Positions 53,720 through 64,000 of a DNA stretch of 64,000 nt are shown here, piece by piece. The DNA is from Candidatus Binatia bacterium (lineage in GTDB: Bacteria > Desulfobacterota > Binatia > UBA9968 > JAJDTQ01). Every line of letters begins with the position of its first letter. Positions within the stretch are counted from its first letter, which is position 1. A program made the position numbers and the translations under genes. The notes beneath the pieces are model-generated. The model was given only the letters and a program-made list of their open reading frames with translations. It did not search any database and was not told where the DNA came from. The stretch is from positions 2,720,001 through 2,784,000 of the forward strand of contig OY762897.2 of NCBI GenBank assembly GCA_963666515.2, given 5' to 3'.

Positions 53720-55828
53720 ATGCCAAGCGGGAAACAGAAATCCAGGCCGCCGCTGCGGAACAAGGAGCTGAGTTGGCTGGCGTTCAACGGCCGCGTCCTC
53801 CAGGAGGCATCGGATGCGTCCGTGCCGCTGCTGGAACGGCTCAGCTTCCTCGGCATCTTCTCGTCCAACCTCGACGAGTTCTTTCGCGTCCGGGTGGCGG
53901 ACCTCCGGCGGCTGGAGCAGTTCGGCGCCGGTGCGCGGCGGCTCATCGGCGAGGACCCTTCCGCGGTCCTGAAGGAGATCCACGAGGTCGTCCTGAAGCA
54001 GCAGGCGCTGTTCGAGAGCACCTACCGGAACATCCTCCGGGAACTGGAGCAGCACGGCATCTCCATCATCAGGGAGAACGAGCTCAACCCGGAACAGGAA
54101 GCCTTCATCAGGGAGTTCTACCAGCAGCGGCTGCGGCCGACCCTGATTCCCCTGATGATCAATCACCTGACGGAGTTCCCCCAGTTGAAGGACCAGGCGA
54201 TCTACCTGGCCATCTCCCTCTACAGCAGCAAGTCCCGCCGTTCGGAATACGCGTTGATCGAGATCCCCACCGACGCGCTGTCGCGTTTCGTGATCCTGCC
54301 CAAGGCGGGGGACCGGCAGTACGTGATCCTGCTGGACGACGTCATCCGCTACTGCCTGAAGGACATCTTCTCCATCTTCCCCTTCGACCAGTTCGAGGCG
54401 TACACCATCAAGCTCACGCGGGACGCGCAGCTCGACCTCGACGACGGCCTCTACGGAAGCTACATCGAGAAGATCTCCAAGGGCCTCAAGCAGCGAAAGT
54501 CCGGGGCGCCGGTGCGCTTCATCTACGACAACCGGATCCCGCGGCGGATGCTCAAGATGCTGCAGCGCAAGATGGGCCTCGACACCGAGTCCAGACCGTT
54601 CATCCCCGGCGGGCGCTACCACAACTTCAAGGACTTCATGGGATTCCCGCGCATCGGCCCGAAGAAGCTGTCGGCCGCGCCGCTGCCGCCGCTGGCCCAC
54701 CGGGACATCGACGGCGCGGCCACCTTCTTCAAGGCGATCCGCCACCGGGACGTCCTGGTCCACTACCCGTACCAGACCTTCGACTACCTCATCGAGTTCC
54801 TGCGCCAAGCCGCCATCGACCCCAAGGTGCGCTCCATCAAGATGACGCTGTACCGCGTGGCCCGCAACTCGAAGATCGTCAACGCGCTGATCAACGCCAG
54901 CCGCAACGGCAAGAAGGTCACCGTGGTGATGGAGCTGCAGGCCCGGTTCGACGAGGCCGACAACGTCTACTGGTCGGAACGGCTCCAGGAAGAAGGGGTG
55001 CGGGTCATCAACGGCGTGCCCGGCCTCAAGGTGCACGCCAAGCTGATCCTCATCTCCCGGGTGTCGCACCGGAAGACCGTGCTGTACGCCAACATCGGCA
55101 CCGGCAACTTCAACGAGACCACCGCGCGGATCTACACCGACGACAGCCTCTTCACCGCGGACGAGCGCATCACCGGCGAAGTGAGCCGGGTGTTCGGGTT
55201 TCTGGAGAACAACTACCGCCGCACCAGCTTCAAGCACCTGATAGTCTCGCCCTACGACACCCGCCGCAAGCTCACGAAGCTCATCGACGCCGAGATCAAG
55301 AACGCCGGCAAGGGGCGTCCGGCCCACGTCATCCTCAAGGTCAACAACCTGGAAGACCAGGGGCTGATCCGCAAGCTCTACGAGGCCAGCGAGGCCGGCG
55401 TCGAGGTGCGGCTCATGGTGCGCGGGATGTTCTCGCTGGTACCGGGCGTCAGGCACTTCAGCGAGCACATCGAGGCCACCGCCATCCTCGACCGCTTCCT
55501 GGAGCACTCGCGGGTCATGGCCTTCGCCAACGGCGGCGACGAGAAGCTGTTCATCGCCTCCGGCGACTGGATGGAACGCAACGTGGACCACCGCGTGGAG
55601 GTGGCCTGCCCCATCTACGACCCGGCCCTGAAGAAACAGCTCCGGGACGTGCTGGACGTCGTGTGGCAGGACAACGTCAAGGCGAGAGTGCTGGACAAGG
55701 ACCTGCGGAACCAGTACCGGGCCGGCGGCGGCCGGAGGACGCGCGCCCAGGAAGCCATCTACACCTACCTCAACCAGCTTCACGCGGCGCGGCCGGAAGC
55801 CCAGCCGCCGCTGCGTCTGGCGCAATAG
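53720..55828 (+). CDS. ppk1: Polyphosphate kinase 1
   Basis: NKELSWLAFNGRVLQEA, SSNLDEFFRVRVA, HYPY, KVHAK, GTGNFNE, RFLEHSR. Confidence 0.97.
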   Translation: MPSGKQKSRPPLRNKELSWLAFNGRVLQEASDASVPLLERLSFLGIFSSNLDEFFRVRVADLRRLEQFGAGARRLIGEDPSAVLKEIHEVVLKQQALFESTYRNILRELEQHGISIIRENELNPEQEAFIREFYQQRLRPTLIPLMINHLTEFPQLKDQAIYLAISLYSSKSRRSEYALIEIPTDALSRFVILPKAGDRQYVILLDDVIRYCLKDIFSIFPFDQFEAYTIKLTRDAQLDLDDGLYGSYIEKISKGLKQRKSGAPVRFIYDNRIPRRMLKMLQRKMGLDTESRPFIPGGRYHNFKDFMGFPRIGPKKLSAAPLPPLAHRDIDGAATFFKAIRHRDVLVHYPYQTFDYLIEFLRQAAIDPKVRSIKMTLYRVARNSKIVNALINASRNGKKVTVVMELQARFDEADNVYWSERLQEEGVRVINGVPGLKVHAKLILISRVSHRKTVLYANIGTGNFNETTARIYTDDSLFTADERITGEVSRVFGFLENNYRRTSFKHLIVSPYDTRRKLTKLIDAEIKNAGKGRPAHVILKVNNLEDQGLIRKLYEASEAGVEVRLMVRGMFSLVPGVRHFSEHIEATAILDRFLEHSRVMAFANGGDEKLFIASGDWMERNVDHRVEVACPIYDPALKKQLRDVLDVVWQDNVKARVLDKDLRNQYRAGGGRRTRAQEAIYTYLNQLHAARPEAQPPLRLAQ

Positions 55829-55922
55829 GCTCCACGGCCCTCCCGAGTCCAACAAGTAGCCGCGAACTGTGCTAAGGTGAGAGGGCTACGCCCAAAAGGG
55901 ACAAGGAGGGAAGGCCGGGAAG

Positions 55923-57893
55923 ATGAAAAAGCTGGCACTGGGAGCCGAGGAGCCGTTTGCGTGGCGCTCCTGGGGTGAAGGGTTCGTCAACGTCAACGAC
56001 GCCGGACACCTCGAGATCGTCACGAACCCGGCCGCGCGGCACGGCGTCGACCTGCACGGGCTGGTGACCCTGCTGCAGCAACGGGGCGTGCGCCCGCCCG
56101 TTCTCGTCCGGTTCCCGCAACTCATCGACCGGCAGCTCGATACCCTCCACCGCGCGTTCCGGACGGCCACCCGGACGTTCGACTACCGCGGCGCCTACAC
56201 CTCCGTCTATCCCCTCAAGGTCAACAGCCGCAAGGCGACGGTGGCGCGGATCTGCGAGACCGGCCGCCGGCACGGCGTCGGCCTCGAGGTCGGCACCAAG
56301 GCCGAGCTGTGCATCGCCCTGTCCATGCTCGGGGACAGCGGCGGCCCGATCATCTGCAACGGCTACAAGGACACGGACTACATCGAGCTGGCGGCTGCCG
56401 CCAGCGAGGCCGGCCACAACGTCGTGGTGGTGTTCGAGCGCCCGCGGGAGTACGAGCTGATCGCCGAACTCCGGGCCAAGGGACTGCCGTGCCCCAGCCT
56501 CGGCGCACGGGTGAAGCTCAACGCCGCCGGCATGGGCCGCTGGGAGGAATCGTCCGGGGACCTGTCCAAGTTCGGCCTCACCGCCTCCGACCTGCTGGAC
56601 GCCACCCGGCTGCTGAAGGACTGCAAGCTGCTGGACCGGCTCCGGCTGCTGCACTTCCACCTCGGCTCCCAGATCACCAACATCCGCAACTTCAAGCAGG
56701 CGCTTCAGGAAGCGCTCCGCTTCTACGTCGAGCTGAAGGAGCTGGGGGTGCCGCTGGACACCCTGGACGTGGGCGGCGGGCTCGGGGTGGACTACGACGG
56801 CAGCAACAGCTCGGCGGACTCCAGCGTCAACTACAACGTCCAGGAATACGCCAACGACATCATCTACACCACCAAGGAGGTGCTGGACCGGGCGCGCATC
56901 GCGGAGCCGGCCATCATCACCGAAGCCGGCCGCTTCCTGGTGACCCACCATGCGGCCCTGCTCGTGGACCCCCTGGAGCAGCCCCGGACGACGCCGAAGT
57001 CCGGCCGCCCCCGGGCGCGGGCCTCCAACGTGGACGCGGTCAACGAGCTGGACGACATGGTGGTGGAGATCAACGGCAAGAACTGGCGCGAATACCTGCA
57101 CGATGCCTACCAGAAGAAGGACGAAATGCTCTCGGCCTTCTCCCTGGGCTTCCTTTCCCTGAAGCAGAGGGCGCAGGCGGAGTCCGCGTTCTCCCGGATC
57201 GTCGAGCTGGCCAGCCGCTACTCGCGCCACGGACGGTTCGACGGCGAGGACAAGGAGGCGCTGGAGCGCATCGCCGCCCGGCTGCACGCCTTCAACTTCT
57301 CGATCTTCAGGTCGCTGCCCGACAGTTGGATCCTCGACATGCTCTTCCCCATCATGCCCACCAGCCGGCTGAAGGAGAAGCCCGCGGTCAAGGCGGTCCT
57401 GGCGGACCTGACCTGTGACTCGGACGGCGTGATCAACAAGTTCTCGCACCCCCACGAGCCCCGCTCCACCTTCGAGCTGCACGCCTTGCCCTGGGAGGAC
57501 AGCTACACCCTGGCGATCCTCTTCCTGGGCGCCTACCAGGAGGCCCTCAGCAGCGACCACAACCTCTTCGGCCGGCCCGCGGAGGTCACCGTGGAAACCG
57601 GCGGCAACGGCGCCGTGGAGATCGTCGACGTGCGCGAACCCGACACCTGCGCCGCCATGCTGCAACGGTGGGGGTTCGACGACCTCGTGCAGGCGCACGG
57701 CGACTCACCTTCCGCCCGGCTGGAGAAGGTCATGACCCGGATACTCACCCGCGGCACCTACCTGGACCGGCATCCCGACGAGGCGGTGAAGCGTGCCCCG
57801 GGAGAAGCCGGCGCGCCCGTGGAGCGGCCGCCCAGGACCCTTGCGCGCGCCGCAGGCAGGGCAAAACAGGCGCGTTCGGCAAGCGGTTCCTGA
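55923..57893 (+). CDS. speA: Biosynthetic arginine decarboxylase
   Basis: YPLKVN (PLP Lys), CNGYKD, HFHLGSQI, DVGGGLGVDYDG, DLTCDSDG, GAYQE. Confidence 0.93.
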   Translation: MKKLALGAEEPFAWRSWGEGFVNVNDAGHLEIVTNPAARHGVDLHGLVTLLQQRGVRPPVLVRFPQLIDRQLDTLHRAFRTATRTFDYRGAYTSVYPLKVNSRKATVARICETGRRHGVGLEVGTKAELCIALSMLGDSGGPIICNGYKDTDYIELAAAASEAGHNVVVVFERPREYELIAELRAKGLPCPSLGARVKLNAAGMGRWEESSGDLSKFGLTASDLLDATRLLKDCKLLDRLRLLHFHLGSQITNIRNFKQALQEALRFYVELKELGVPLDTLDVGGGLGVDYDGSNSSADSSVNYNVQEYANDIIYTTKEVLDRARIAEPAIITEAGRFLVTHHAALLVDPLEQPRTTPKSGRPRARASNVDAVNELDDMVVEINGKNWREYLHDAYQKKDEMLSAFSLGFLSLKQRAQAESAFSRIVELASRYSRHGRFDGEDKEALERIAARLHAFNFSIFRSLPDSWILDMLFPIMPTSRLKEKPAVKAVLADLTCDSDGVINKFSHPHEPRSTFELHALPWEDSYTLAILFLGAYQEALSSDHNLFGRPAEVTVETGGNGAVEIVDVREPDTCAAMLQRWGFDDLVQAHGDSPSARLEKVMTRILTRGTYLDRHPDEAVKRAPGEAGAPVERPPRTLARAAGRAKQARSASGS

Positions 57894-57958
57894 AAAGTTC
57901 CCGTCATCGAATCTTTATGATTTGAGCCACAGGACTTCCTGTGCTAGGGTCGTGCATC

Positions 57959-59683
57959 ATGCCGACCGGCCCCGCCACCGCGGCACCCGCGGCACCGCGG
58001 ATCTCCACCCTTTTCGCTCCGTCGCGGCTACTCCGGGTTGACGGCTGGACCCTCGGGACCGTCGCGCTGGCGGCGCTGTTCACCAGCCCGATCCTCGCGG
58101 TGCTGGGGGTCGCCCTGGAAAGCAGCGGCGACGCCTGGTCCCACCTCGCCTCCACGGTCCTGGGCGCCTACATCCGCGAAACCCTCTACCTCACTGCCGG
58201 CGTCGGCGCGGGGGTCCTGGTGATCGGCGTCAGCACCGCGTGGCTGATCACCATGTTCGAGTTCCCGGGAAGGCGCGTCCTTCAGTGGGCGCTGTTGCTG
58301 CCCCTGGCCATGCCCGCCTACATCGCGGCCTACACCTACACCGACGTGCTGGAGTTCGCCGGTCCGGTGCAGACGGCGTTGCGGCAACTGTTCGGGTGGC
58401 AGAGCCCGCGCGACTACTGGTTCCCCGAGATCCGCTCCCTGGGCGGCGCCGTGACCTTCATGTCGCTGGTTCTCTACCCGTACGTCTACCTGCTGGCCCG
58501 ATCGGCCTTCGTCGAGCAGTCCCAGAGCCTGTGGGACGCCGCGCGCGGGCTCGGACTCGGCGCCTGGGGATGCTTCGCCAGAGTGGGCCTGCCGCTGGCC
58601 CGGCCGGCCATCGCGGTGGGCGTGCTGCTGGCGTTGATGGAGACGCTGAACGACTTCGGCACCGTGGACTACTTCGCGGTCCAGACCCTGACCATCGGCG
58701 TCTACCGGGTCTGGTTCGGCATGAACAACGCGCCGGCCGCGGCGCAGCTCGCGTCCCTGGTGCTGGCGCTGGTGCTGGTCATGGCCGCGCTGGAAAGAAT
58801 CGCCCGGGGGCGGCGGCGCTACCAGTTCAACCACGGCGGGCGGAGACGCCAGACCCTGGCGCGGCTCTCCGGCATTCGCGGCACGCTGGCGTTGCTGGCC
58901 TGCGCCACCCCGGTGGCGCTGGGGTTCGCCGTCCCCGCCGCGCTCATGGCCGCCTCGGCGGTGGGAAGCACCGAGACCGTGGTGGGCGTCAGCACCCTGG
59001 GCTTGGCCGTGAACAGCATCGCCGTGGCCAGCATGGCGGCGCTGGCCTGCCTGTGCGGCGGTCTCTTCCTGGCGTACGGAGCGCGCCTGTCGGGCACCCC
59101 CCTGGTCAAGGCCGCCACCCGCGTGGCGAGCATCGGCTACACCATCCCCGGGGTGGTGCTGGCCGTAGGGGTCCTGATACCCGCGGCCGCTCTGGACAAC
59201 GCCATCGACGGGTTCATGAGGAGCCATTTCAACGCGCCGACGGGGCTGATCTTCACCGGCACGCTCTACGCGCTGATCTTCGCCTGCACGGTCCGCTTCC
59301 TGGCCCTGTCCTTCGGTTCCCTGGAGGCCGGCCTCACCAAGATCACGCCCAACATGGACGCCGCGGCCCGGGCGCTGGGGCGCCGTCCGGGAGGGGTGCT
59401 GGCCCGGGTCCACCTCCCGCTGTTGCGGAGCAGCCTTTTCACCGGAGCCACGCTGGTCTTCGTGGACGCCATGAAGGAGCTGCCCATGACCCTGATCCTG
59501 CGTCCCTTCAACTTCAACACGCTGGCGACCCACGTCTACGAATACGCCTCCTACGAGGCCTTCGAGCAGGCCGCGCTGGCGGCCCTCGCCATCGTGGCCG
59601 CGGGTCTGGTCCCCGTGATCTTTCTCAGCCTGCGCTTCAGGGGCTCGGGGACGTCTTCCCAACCCGCGGACTCCGGTGCCTAA
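57959..59683 (+). CDS. fbpB: Fe3+ ABC transporter permease (FbpB/SfuB), no adjacent partners
   Basis: LLPLAMPAYIAAY, LYPYVYLLAR, METLNDFG, FVDAMKELPMTLILRPFNFNTLA. Confidence 0.88.
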   Translation: MPTGPATAAPAAPRISTLFAPSRLLRVDGWTLGTVALAALFTSPILAVLGVALESSGDAWSHLASTVLGAYIRETLYLTAGVGAGVLVIGVSTAWLITMFEFPGRRVLQWALLLPLAMPAYIAAYTYTDVLEFAGPVQTALRQLFGWQSPRDYWFPEIRSLGGAVTFMSLVLYPYVYLLARSAFVEQSQSLWDAARGLGLGAWGCFARVGLPLARPAIAVGVLLALMETLNDFGTVDYFAVQTLTIGVYRVWFGMNNAPAAAQLASLVLALVLVMAALERIARGRRRYQFNHGGRRRQTLARLSGIRGTLALLACATPVALGFAVPAALMAASAVGSTETVVGVSTLGLAVNSIAVASMAALACLCGGLFLAYGARLSGTPLVKAATRVASIGYTIPGVVLAVGVLIPAAALDNAIDGFMRSHFNAPTGLIFTGTLYALIFACTVRFLALSFGSLEAGLTKITPNMDAAARALGRRPGGVLARVHLPLLRSSLFTGATLVFVDAMKELPMTLILRPFNFNTLATHVYEYASYEAFEQAALAALAIVAAGLVPVIFLSLRFRGSGTSSQPADSGA

Positions 59684-59715
59684 TCCTTGAGCCGCTGCTG
59701 AACAAAATTTGTGCA
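59677..59715 (+). promoter_or_regulatory. NtrC-like enhancer boxes upstream of glnA
   Basis: TGAACAAAATTTGTGCA (59699-59715) resembles TGCACCA-N3-TGGTGCA; weaker TGCCTAATCCTTGAGCC at 59677. Confidence 0.65.
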
Positions 59716-59801
59716 ACGGGATCCCGGTCGAAGCCTCCGGCGGTTCCCCGCAGGCCCGCAACCCTGCTGAAAGGTTGGGGTTCAAGCCTGGAAGGGCTGC
59801 T

Positions 59802-59817
59802 TGGCACGAAGGTTGCT
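59802..59817 (+). promoter_or_regulatory. Sigma54 promoter of glnA
   Basis: TGGCAC-gaagg-TTGCT. Confidence 0.85.
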
Positions 59818-59914
59818 TCCTTACTCCTACATGTTCCTACATGTGACCGTACCGGCAACCATCCGGCCCGTGCGGGACATGACCTGCAAATTTCGGCTCG
59901 AAAGGAAAGACGCC

Positions 59915-61330
59915 ATGACACCGAGACAAGTGATCGATTTCGCCAAGAAGAACGGCGCGGAGATCGTGGACCTGCGGTTCACCGACCTGCCCGGCCTGTG
60001 GCAGCACTTCTCCATATCCACCAACGAGTTCGACACCGGCCTGTTCCAGAACGGCATCGGCTTCGACGGCTCCAGCATCCGCGGTTTCCAGACCATCGAC
60101 GAATCCGACATGCTGCTGTTCCCGGATCCCGACACCGCCTTCATGGATCCCTTCACCTCGCTGCCCACGCTGAACCTCGTGTGCAACATCAAGGACCCGC
60201 TGACCGGACAGCCCTACACCCGGGACCCGCGTTACGTGGCGCAGAAGGCCGAACTGTACCTCAAAAGCACCGGCATCGCCGACACCAGCTACTGGGGGCC
60301 GGAGATCGAGTTCTACATCCTCGACAACGTCCGCTTCGACCAGAGCTACAACTACGGCTTCTACTACATCGACTCCGAAGAGGGCGCCTGGAACTCGGGC
60401 AACGGCGACAAGCAGAACCTGGGCTACAAGCCGCGCTACAAAGAAGGCTACTTCCCGGTGCCGCCCATGGACAGCCTGCAGGACATTCGTTCCGAGATGG
60501 TCAAGACCCTGGAGTCCTGCGGCATCGTGTGCGAGGTCCATCACCACGAGGTGGGAACGGCCGGCCAGTCCGAGATCGACATGCGCTTCACCACCCTGAC
60601 GGCCATGGCGGACCAGGTGCTCAAGTACAAGTACATCGTCAAGAACGTCGGGCTGCGCAACGGCAAGACCGTCACCATGATGCCGAAGCCCATCTTCCAG
60701 GACAACGGCTCGGGCATGCACACCCACCAGAGCCTGTGGAAGAACAAGAAGAACGTGTTCTACAACGCCAGGAACTACGCGCTGCTGAGCGACACCGCGC
60801 GCCACTACATCGGCGGGCTGCTGAAGCACGCCGCGGCGCTGTGCGCGTTCATCGCGCCCACCACCAACTCGTACCGCCGGCTGGTGCCGGGCTACGAGGC
60901 GCCCATCAACCTCATGTACTCCCAGCGCAACCGGAGCGCGGCCGTGCGCATACCGACCTACTCCACGAGCGAGAAGGCCCGGCGCCTGGAGTTCCGCAGC
61001 CCGGACCCGAGCTGCAACCCCTACTACGCCTTCTCGGCCATGCTGATGGCGGGGCTCGACGGCGTCGCCAACAAGATCGAGCCGCCCAAGCCGCTGGACA
61101 AGAACCTCTACGACCTGGCGCCGGAGGAAGCGGCCCAGGTGGAGTCTTTGCCGGGCAGCCTGGACGAGTCGCTGGACGCCCTGGAGAAGGACCATGCCTT
61201 CCTGCTGAAGGGCGACGTCTTCACCAGGGACGTCATCGCGGCATGGCTGGACTACAAGCGGGGCGCCGAGGTGGAGCCCATGCGGCTCAGGCCCCACCCC
61301 TACGAGTTCGCCCTGTACTACGACATCTAG
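59915..61330 (+). CDS. glnA: Glutamine synthetase type I (adenylylatable)
   Basis: FDGSSIRGF, HHHEVG, DNGSGMH, RLVPGYEAP, NLYDL, RPHPYEF; AAAGGA RBS. Confidence 0.98.
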   Translation: MTPRQVIDFAKKNGAEIVDLRFTDLPGLWQHFSISTNEFDTGLFQNGIGFDGSSIRGFQTIDESDMLLFPDPDTAFMDPFTSLPTLNLVCNIKDPLTGQPYTRDPRYVAQKAELYLKSTGIADTSYWGPEIEFYILDNVRFDQSYNYGFYYIDSEEGAWNSGNGDKQNLGYKPRYKEGYFPVPPMDSLQDIRSEMVKTLESCGIVCEVHHHEVGTAGQSEIDMRFTTLTAMADQVLKYKYIVKNVGLRNGKTVTMMPKPIFQDNGSGMHTHQSLWKNKKNVFYNARNYALLSDTARHYIGGLLKHAAALCAFIAPTTNSYRRLVPGYEAPINLMYSQRNRSAAVRIPTYSTSEKARRLEFRSPDPSCNPYYAFSAMLMAGLDGVANKIEPPKPLDKNLYDLAPEEAAQVESLPGSLDESLDALEKDHAFLLKGDVFTRDVIAAWLDYKRGAEVEPMRLRPHPYEFALYYDI

Positions 61331-61345
61331 GGCGACAAACCTTCC

Positions 61346-62275
61346 TGAACCGCCCGGGGTTTCCCGGAGACGGAATAGTTTGAGTCAGGCCACCATGGCG
61401 GGCTCTTGGGACTGCTAATAGTAGGCCTCTTCGAGTTCTGCCGGCGGCACATAGTCGGCGGTGGTTGAACCAGTGGACCCATTCGAGGGTGGCGAACTCG
61501 ACCGCTTCGAGGTGACGCCAGGGGCCGCGTTGACGGATCACCTCGGTCTTGTACAGGCCGATGACGGACTCGGCCAGGGCGTTGTCGTAGGAGTCCCCGA
61601 CGCGGCCCACCGAGGGCTCGATCCCGGCCTCGGCCAGACGCTCGGTGTAGCGGATGGACACGTACTGGGCGCCACGGTCGCTGTGATGCACCAGAGCGTG
61701 CTCACGGCCCACCGCGCGCTCACAGAGGGCCTGATCAAGGGCGTCCAGGGCCAGTTCGGTGTGCAACGAGTTGGAGACGCATACGCCGGGCGTAGGCATC
61801 GACCACAAAGGCAACGTAGTCGAAGCCGCTCCATGTCGCCACATAGGTTAAGTCCGCCACCCACAACGCATTCGGGCGGCTGGCCTCGAACACCCGGTTC
61901 ACTCGGTCCGGTGGCCGGGTGAGTTCCTTCGCTGCCCGGGTCGTCTTCGTCCTTCGACCCCGAACCACGCCACGAAGCCCCAACTCTCCCATCAGCCGCG
62001 CCACCGTGCATCGGGCCACGGCAAGGCCCTCCCGGTGGAGTGCGCGCCATACCTTGCACACCCCGCCCGACGCACCCACTTGCGCAACGTCTCCGCCGTG
62101 CACCCAAGCTTCGACGCCACCGAGACCATGGCCGCCCACTGAGAATCGTGCTCCGCCTGGTGCTCCAGCACCAGCCGAACCGCTCTCTCCCGTACCTCCG
62201 GCGAATACCTCGTTGACTTTGTTCATGACTCCATCCTCTCAAGATTAGAGTCTCCGGGAAACCCGGGACGATTCA
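61346..62275 (-). mobile_element. IS3-family element (IS51/IS6110-like ends), internally deleted and frameshifted
   Basis: 26-bp IRs TGAACCGCCCGGGGTTTCCCGGAGAC / TGAATCGTCCCGGGTTTCCCGGAGAC (23/26); OrfB pieces WVADLTYV, HHSDRGAQY, DNALAES; only 930 bp. Confidence 0.9.
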
Positions 62276-63435
62276 CAAGCGATGATCCGGGCAGCGGTGG
62301 AGGCGGAGTTGGAGAGCTTTCTGGGAGGGCATGAGGGGGAGCGTGACGGGAGGGGGAGGTATTGACGGGGTTGGGGCCGGTGAAGGTACAGGTGCCGAAG
62401 ACACGGGACCGGGCGGGCAAGGGGCGGTGTTTTCGCTCGGAGTTGTTGCCGCCGTACTTGAGGAAGGCTCGGCGGGTGGAGGCGGTGGTGCCGTGGCTGT
62501 ATCTGAAGGGGATGTCGACGAACGACTTTGGGGAAGCGCTGGAGGCGTTGTTCGGGGGCGAGGTGAAGGGGCTGTCGCCGGCAGCGATCACGCGGATGAA
62601 GCGAGTGTGGGAGGAGCAGTACGAGGAGTGGCAGGAGCGGGACTGACACGGGCACGAGTTCGTGTACGTATGGGCGGACGGGATCTACGTGAACATCCGG
62701 CAGGAGGAGCGGCGTTGTATCCTGGTGGTGGTGGGCTGCGACATTCACGGACGCAAGCACTTCCTGGCTCTGGACGCTGGGTTTCGGGAGTCCTTGGAGA
62801 GTTGGAAAGCCCTTCTGTTGAGCCTCAGAGACCGTGGCGTCAAGGCGCCGAAGCTGGCGGTGGGTGACGGAGCGCTGGGGTTCTGGACGGCCCTGGCCGA
62901 AGTCTATCCCGAAACCCGCACCCAGCGCTGCTGGGTGCACAAGACCGCCAATGTCCTGGACAAGCTGCCCAAGCGCGTCCAGCCTGAAGCCAAGTCGATG
63001 ATCCACGACATCTGGATGGCCGATACTCGCAAAAGCGCCGAACAGGCCCTGGACCGTTTCTGTGGCACCTACGAAGCCAAGTACCCCAAGGCGGTGGACT
63101 GCCTGAGCCGCGACCGCGACACGTTGCTCACCTTCTATGACTTCCCCGCGGCCCACTGGCAGCATCTGCGTACCACCAACCCCATCGAGTCCACCTTCGC
63201 CACCATCCGGCTACGAACCGTGAAGACCCGGAACTGCCTCAGCGTCAAGACCGCCCTGAGCTTGGTGCACCAACTGGCCATGAGCGCTCAGAAGCGCTGG
63301 CGGCACCTCCGCGAGTTCGGTCAACTCGCCGACTTGGTCGCGAAGGTGAAGTTCGTGGATGGCATCGATGAAAGGGTGACCCGTAGGAAAGCCGCCTGAT
63401 TCAGCCCTGCCATACACCAGATTTGACAGTAGCTC
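62276..63435 (+). mobile_element. IS256-family element, 5'-truncated, transposase frameshifted
   Basis: AVEAEL, VQVPKTRDR, WADGIY, VGDGALGFW, QRCWVHK, LRTTNPIES; break near 62645; right end ...TACACCAGATTTGACAGTAGCTC. Confidence 0.88.
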
Positions 63436-63555
63436 TCAGTCTAGGCTTCCGGCCAAAGGAGGGCCGCGGTGGACCTCATCGTCAAGGCCCACCGCGGAAA
63501 GGGGTGAACGATTAGGCGGGGACAAATGGCAAACAGGAAGCGTTGGCCATGGAGG

Positions 63556-63861
63556 TTACAGCGGGATCACCCCGCACGTGATCAAACATTTTGCGCAAAC
63601 AATGCCGCTAGGATCGACTAGGCACAAGGGTACACAAGGTATGCAGACGACGATACCAGCGACTTGCTCACTTGCGCTCACACAAGGGTTGGTGGGGACG
63701 GGGTGTGCACTTACCCTATCTCCGATGTAGTTGTCCTCGATGACGGAGACATGGTTATCGCCAACGGGATTGACGTTGGCCTCGGCGTTCCAGGCCACTA
63801 CAAAACTTAACGCCAGCACTACCAAGGCCTTGGCAACAATGATGTACGTGACCGCTTTCAT
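63556..63861 (-). CDS. Small secreted Cys-rich peptide (CxxCxxxC x2), bacteriocin-like candidate
   Basis: GGAGG RBS; signal peptide ending AEA; C-terminus CIPCVPLCLVDPSGIVCAKCLITCGVIPL. Confidence 0.65.
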   Translation of the reverse strand: MKAVTYIIVAKALVVLALSFVVAWNAEANVNPVGDNHVSVIEDNYIGDRVSAHPVPTNPCVSASEQVAGIVVCIPCVPLCLVDPSGIVCAKCLITCGVIPL

Positions 63862-63998
63862 GAATCCTCCCATTTCTCGTTGGGCCGTGACGAAGAAATC
63901 GCGAAACGTTCTGTTGGTGTCACGATGCTCTTCTCCGGTCCTTTAGCCAGCTCAACCATGGGTCCTGCCTGCACCGTAGCCGCAAGAGCTACGACCAC
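63858..63998 (-). CDS. Possible small secreted protein, 5' end outside the window
   Basis: Open frame ...VVVALAATVQA-GPMVELAKGPEKSIVTPTERFAISSSRPNEKWEDS*; its stop overlaps the next ATG (ATGA). Confidence 0.4.
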   Translation of the reverse strand: MVVALAATVQAGPMVELAKGPEKSIVTPTERFAISSSRPNEKWEDS

Positions 63999-64000
63999 CA

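Overview
High-GC bacterial chromosome segment. The gene content (many TRAP/TTT/ABC transporters, LLM monooxygenase, hydantoinase/oxoprolinase, GTP-PEPCK, Uma2, palindromic repeats) suggests a deltaproteobacterial/Binatia-like heterotroph; this is an inference only. Housekeeping genes include serS, yraN, rnhB, gatC/A/B, argJ, secA, hflKC, pckG, amtB-glnK, ppk1, speA and glnA, with sigma54 promoters and NtrC-like boxes before amtB and glnA. Accessory elements are interleaved. (1) An LLM monooxygenase operon carries two tandem nitrilase paralogues, one with the catalytic Cys replaced by Glu. (2) A tandem Cache-domain autotransporter and a Cys-less thiolase split gatCA from gatB. (3) SecA has a ~270-aa helical insertion. 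(4) A DUF5678-like/aspartyl-protease pair lies behind a promoter-leader-terminator unit. (5) There is a GT2/hypothetical/spore-photoproduct-lyase-like trio. (6) A BfiI-like PLD nuclease is paired with a fused double methyltransferase. (7) Decayed IS3 and IS256 elements and small secreted peptides, one Cys-rich, sit at the right edge. All calls come from motif recognition; no database searches were run.
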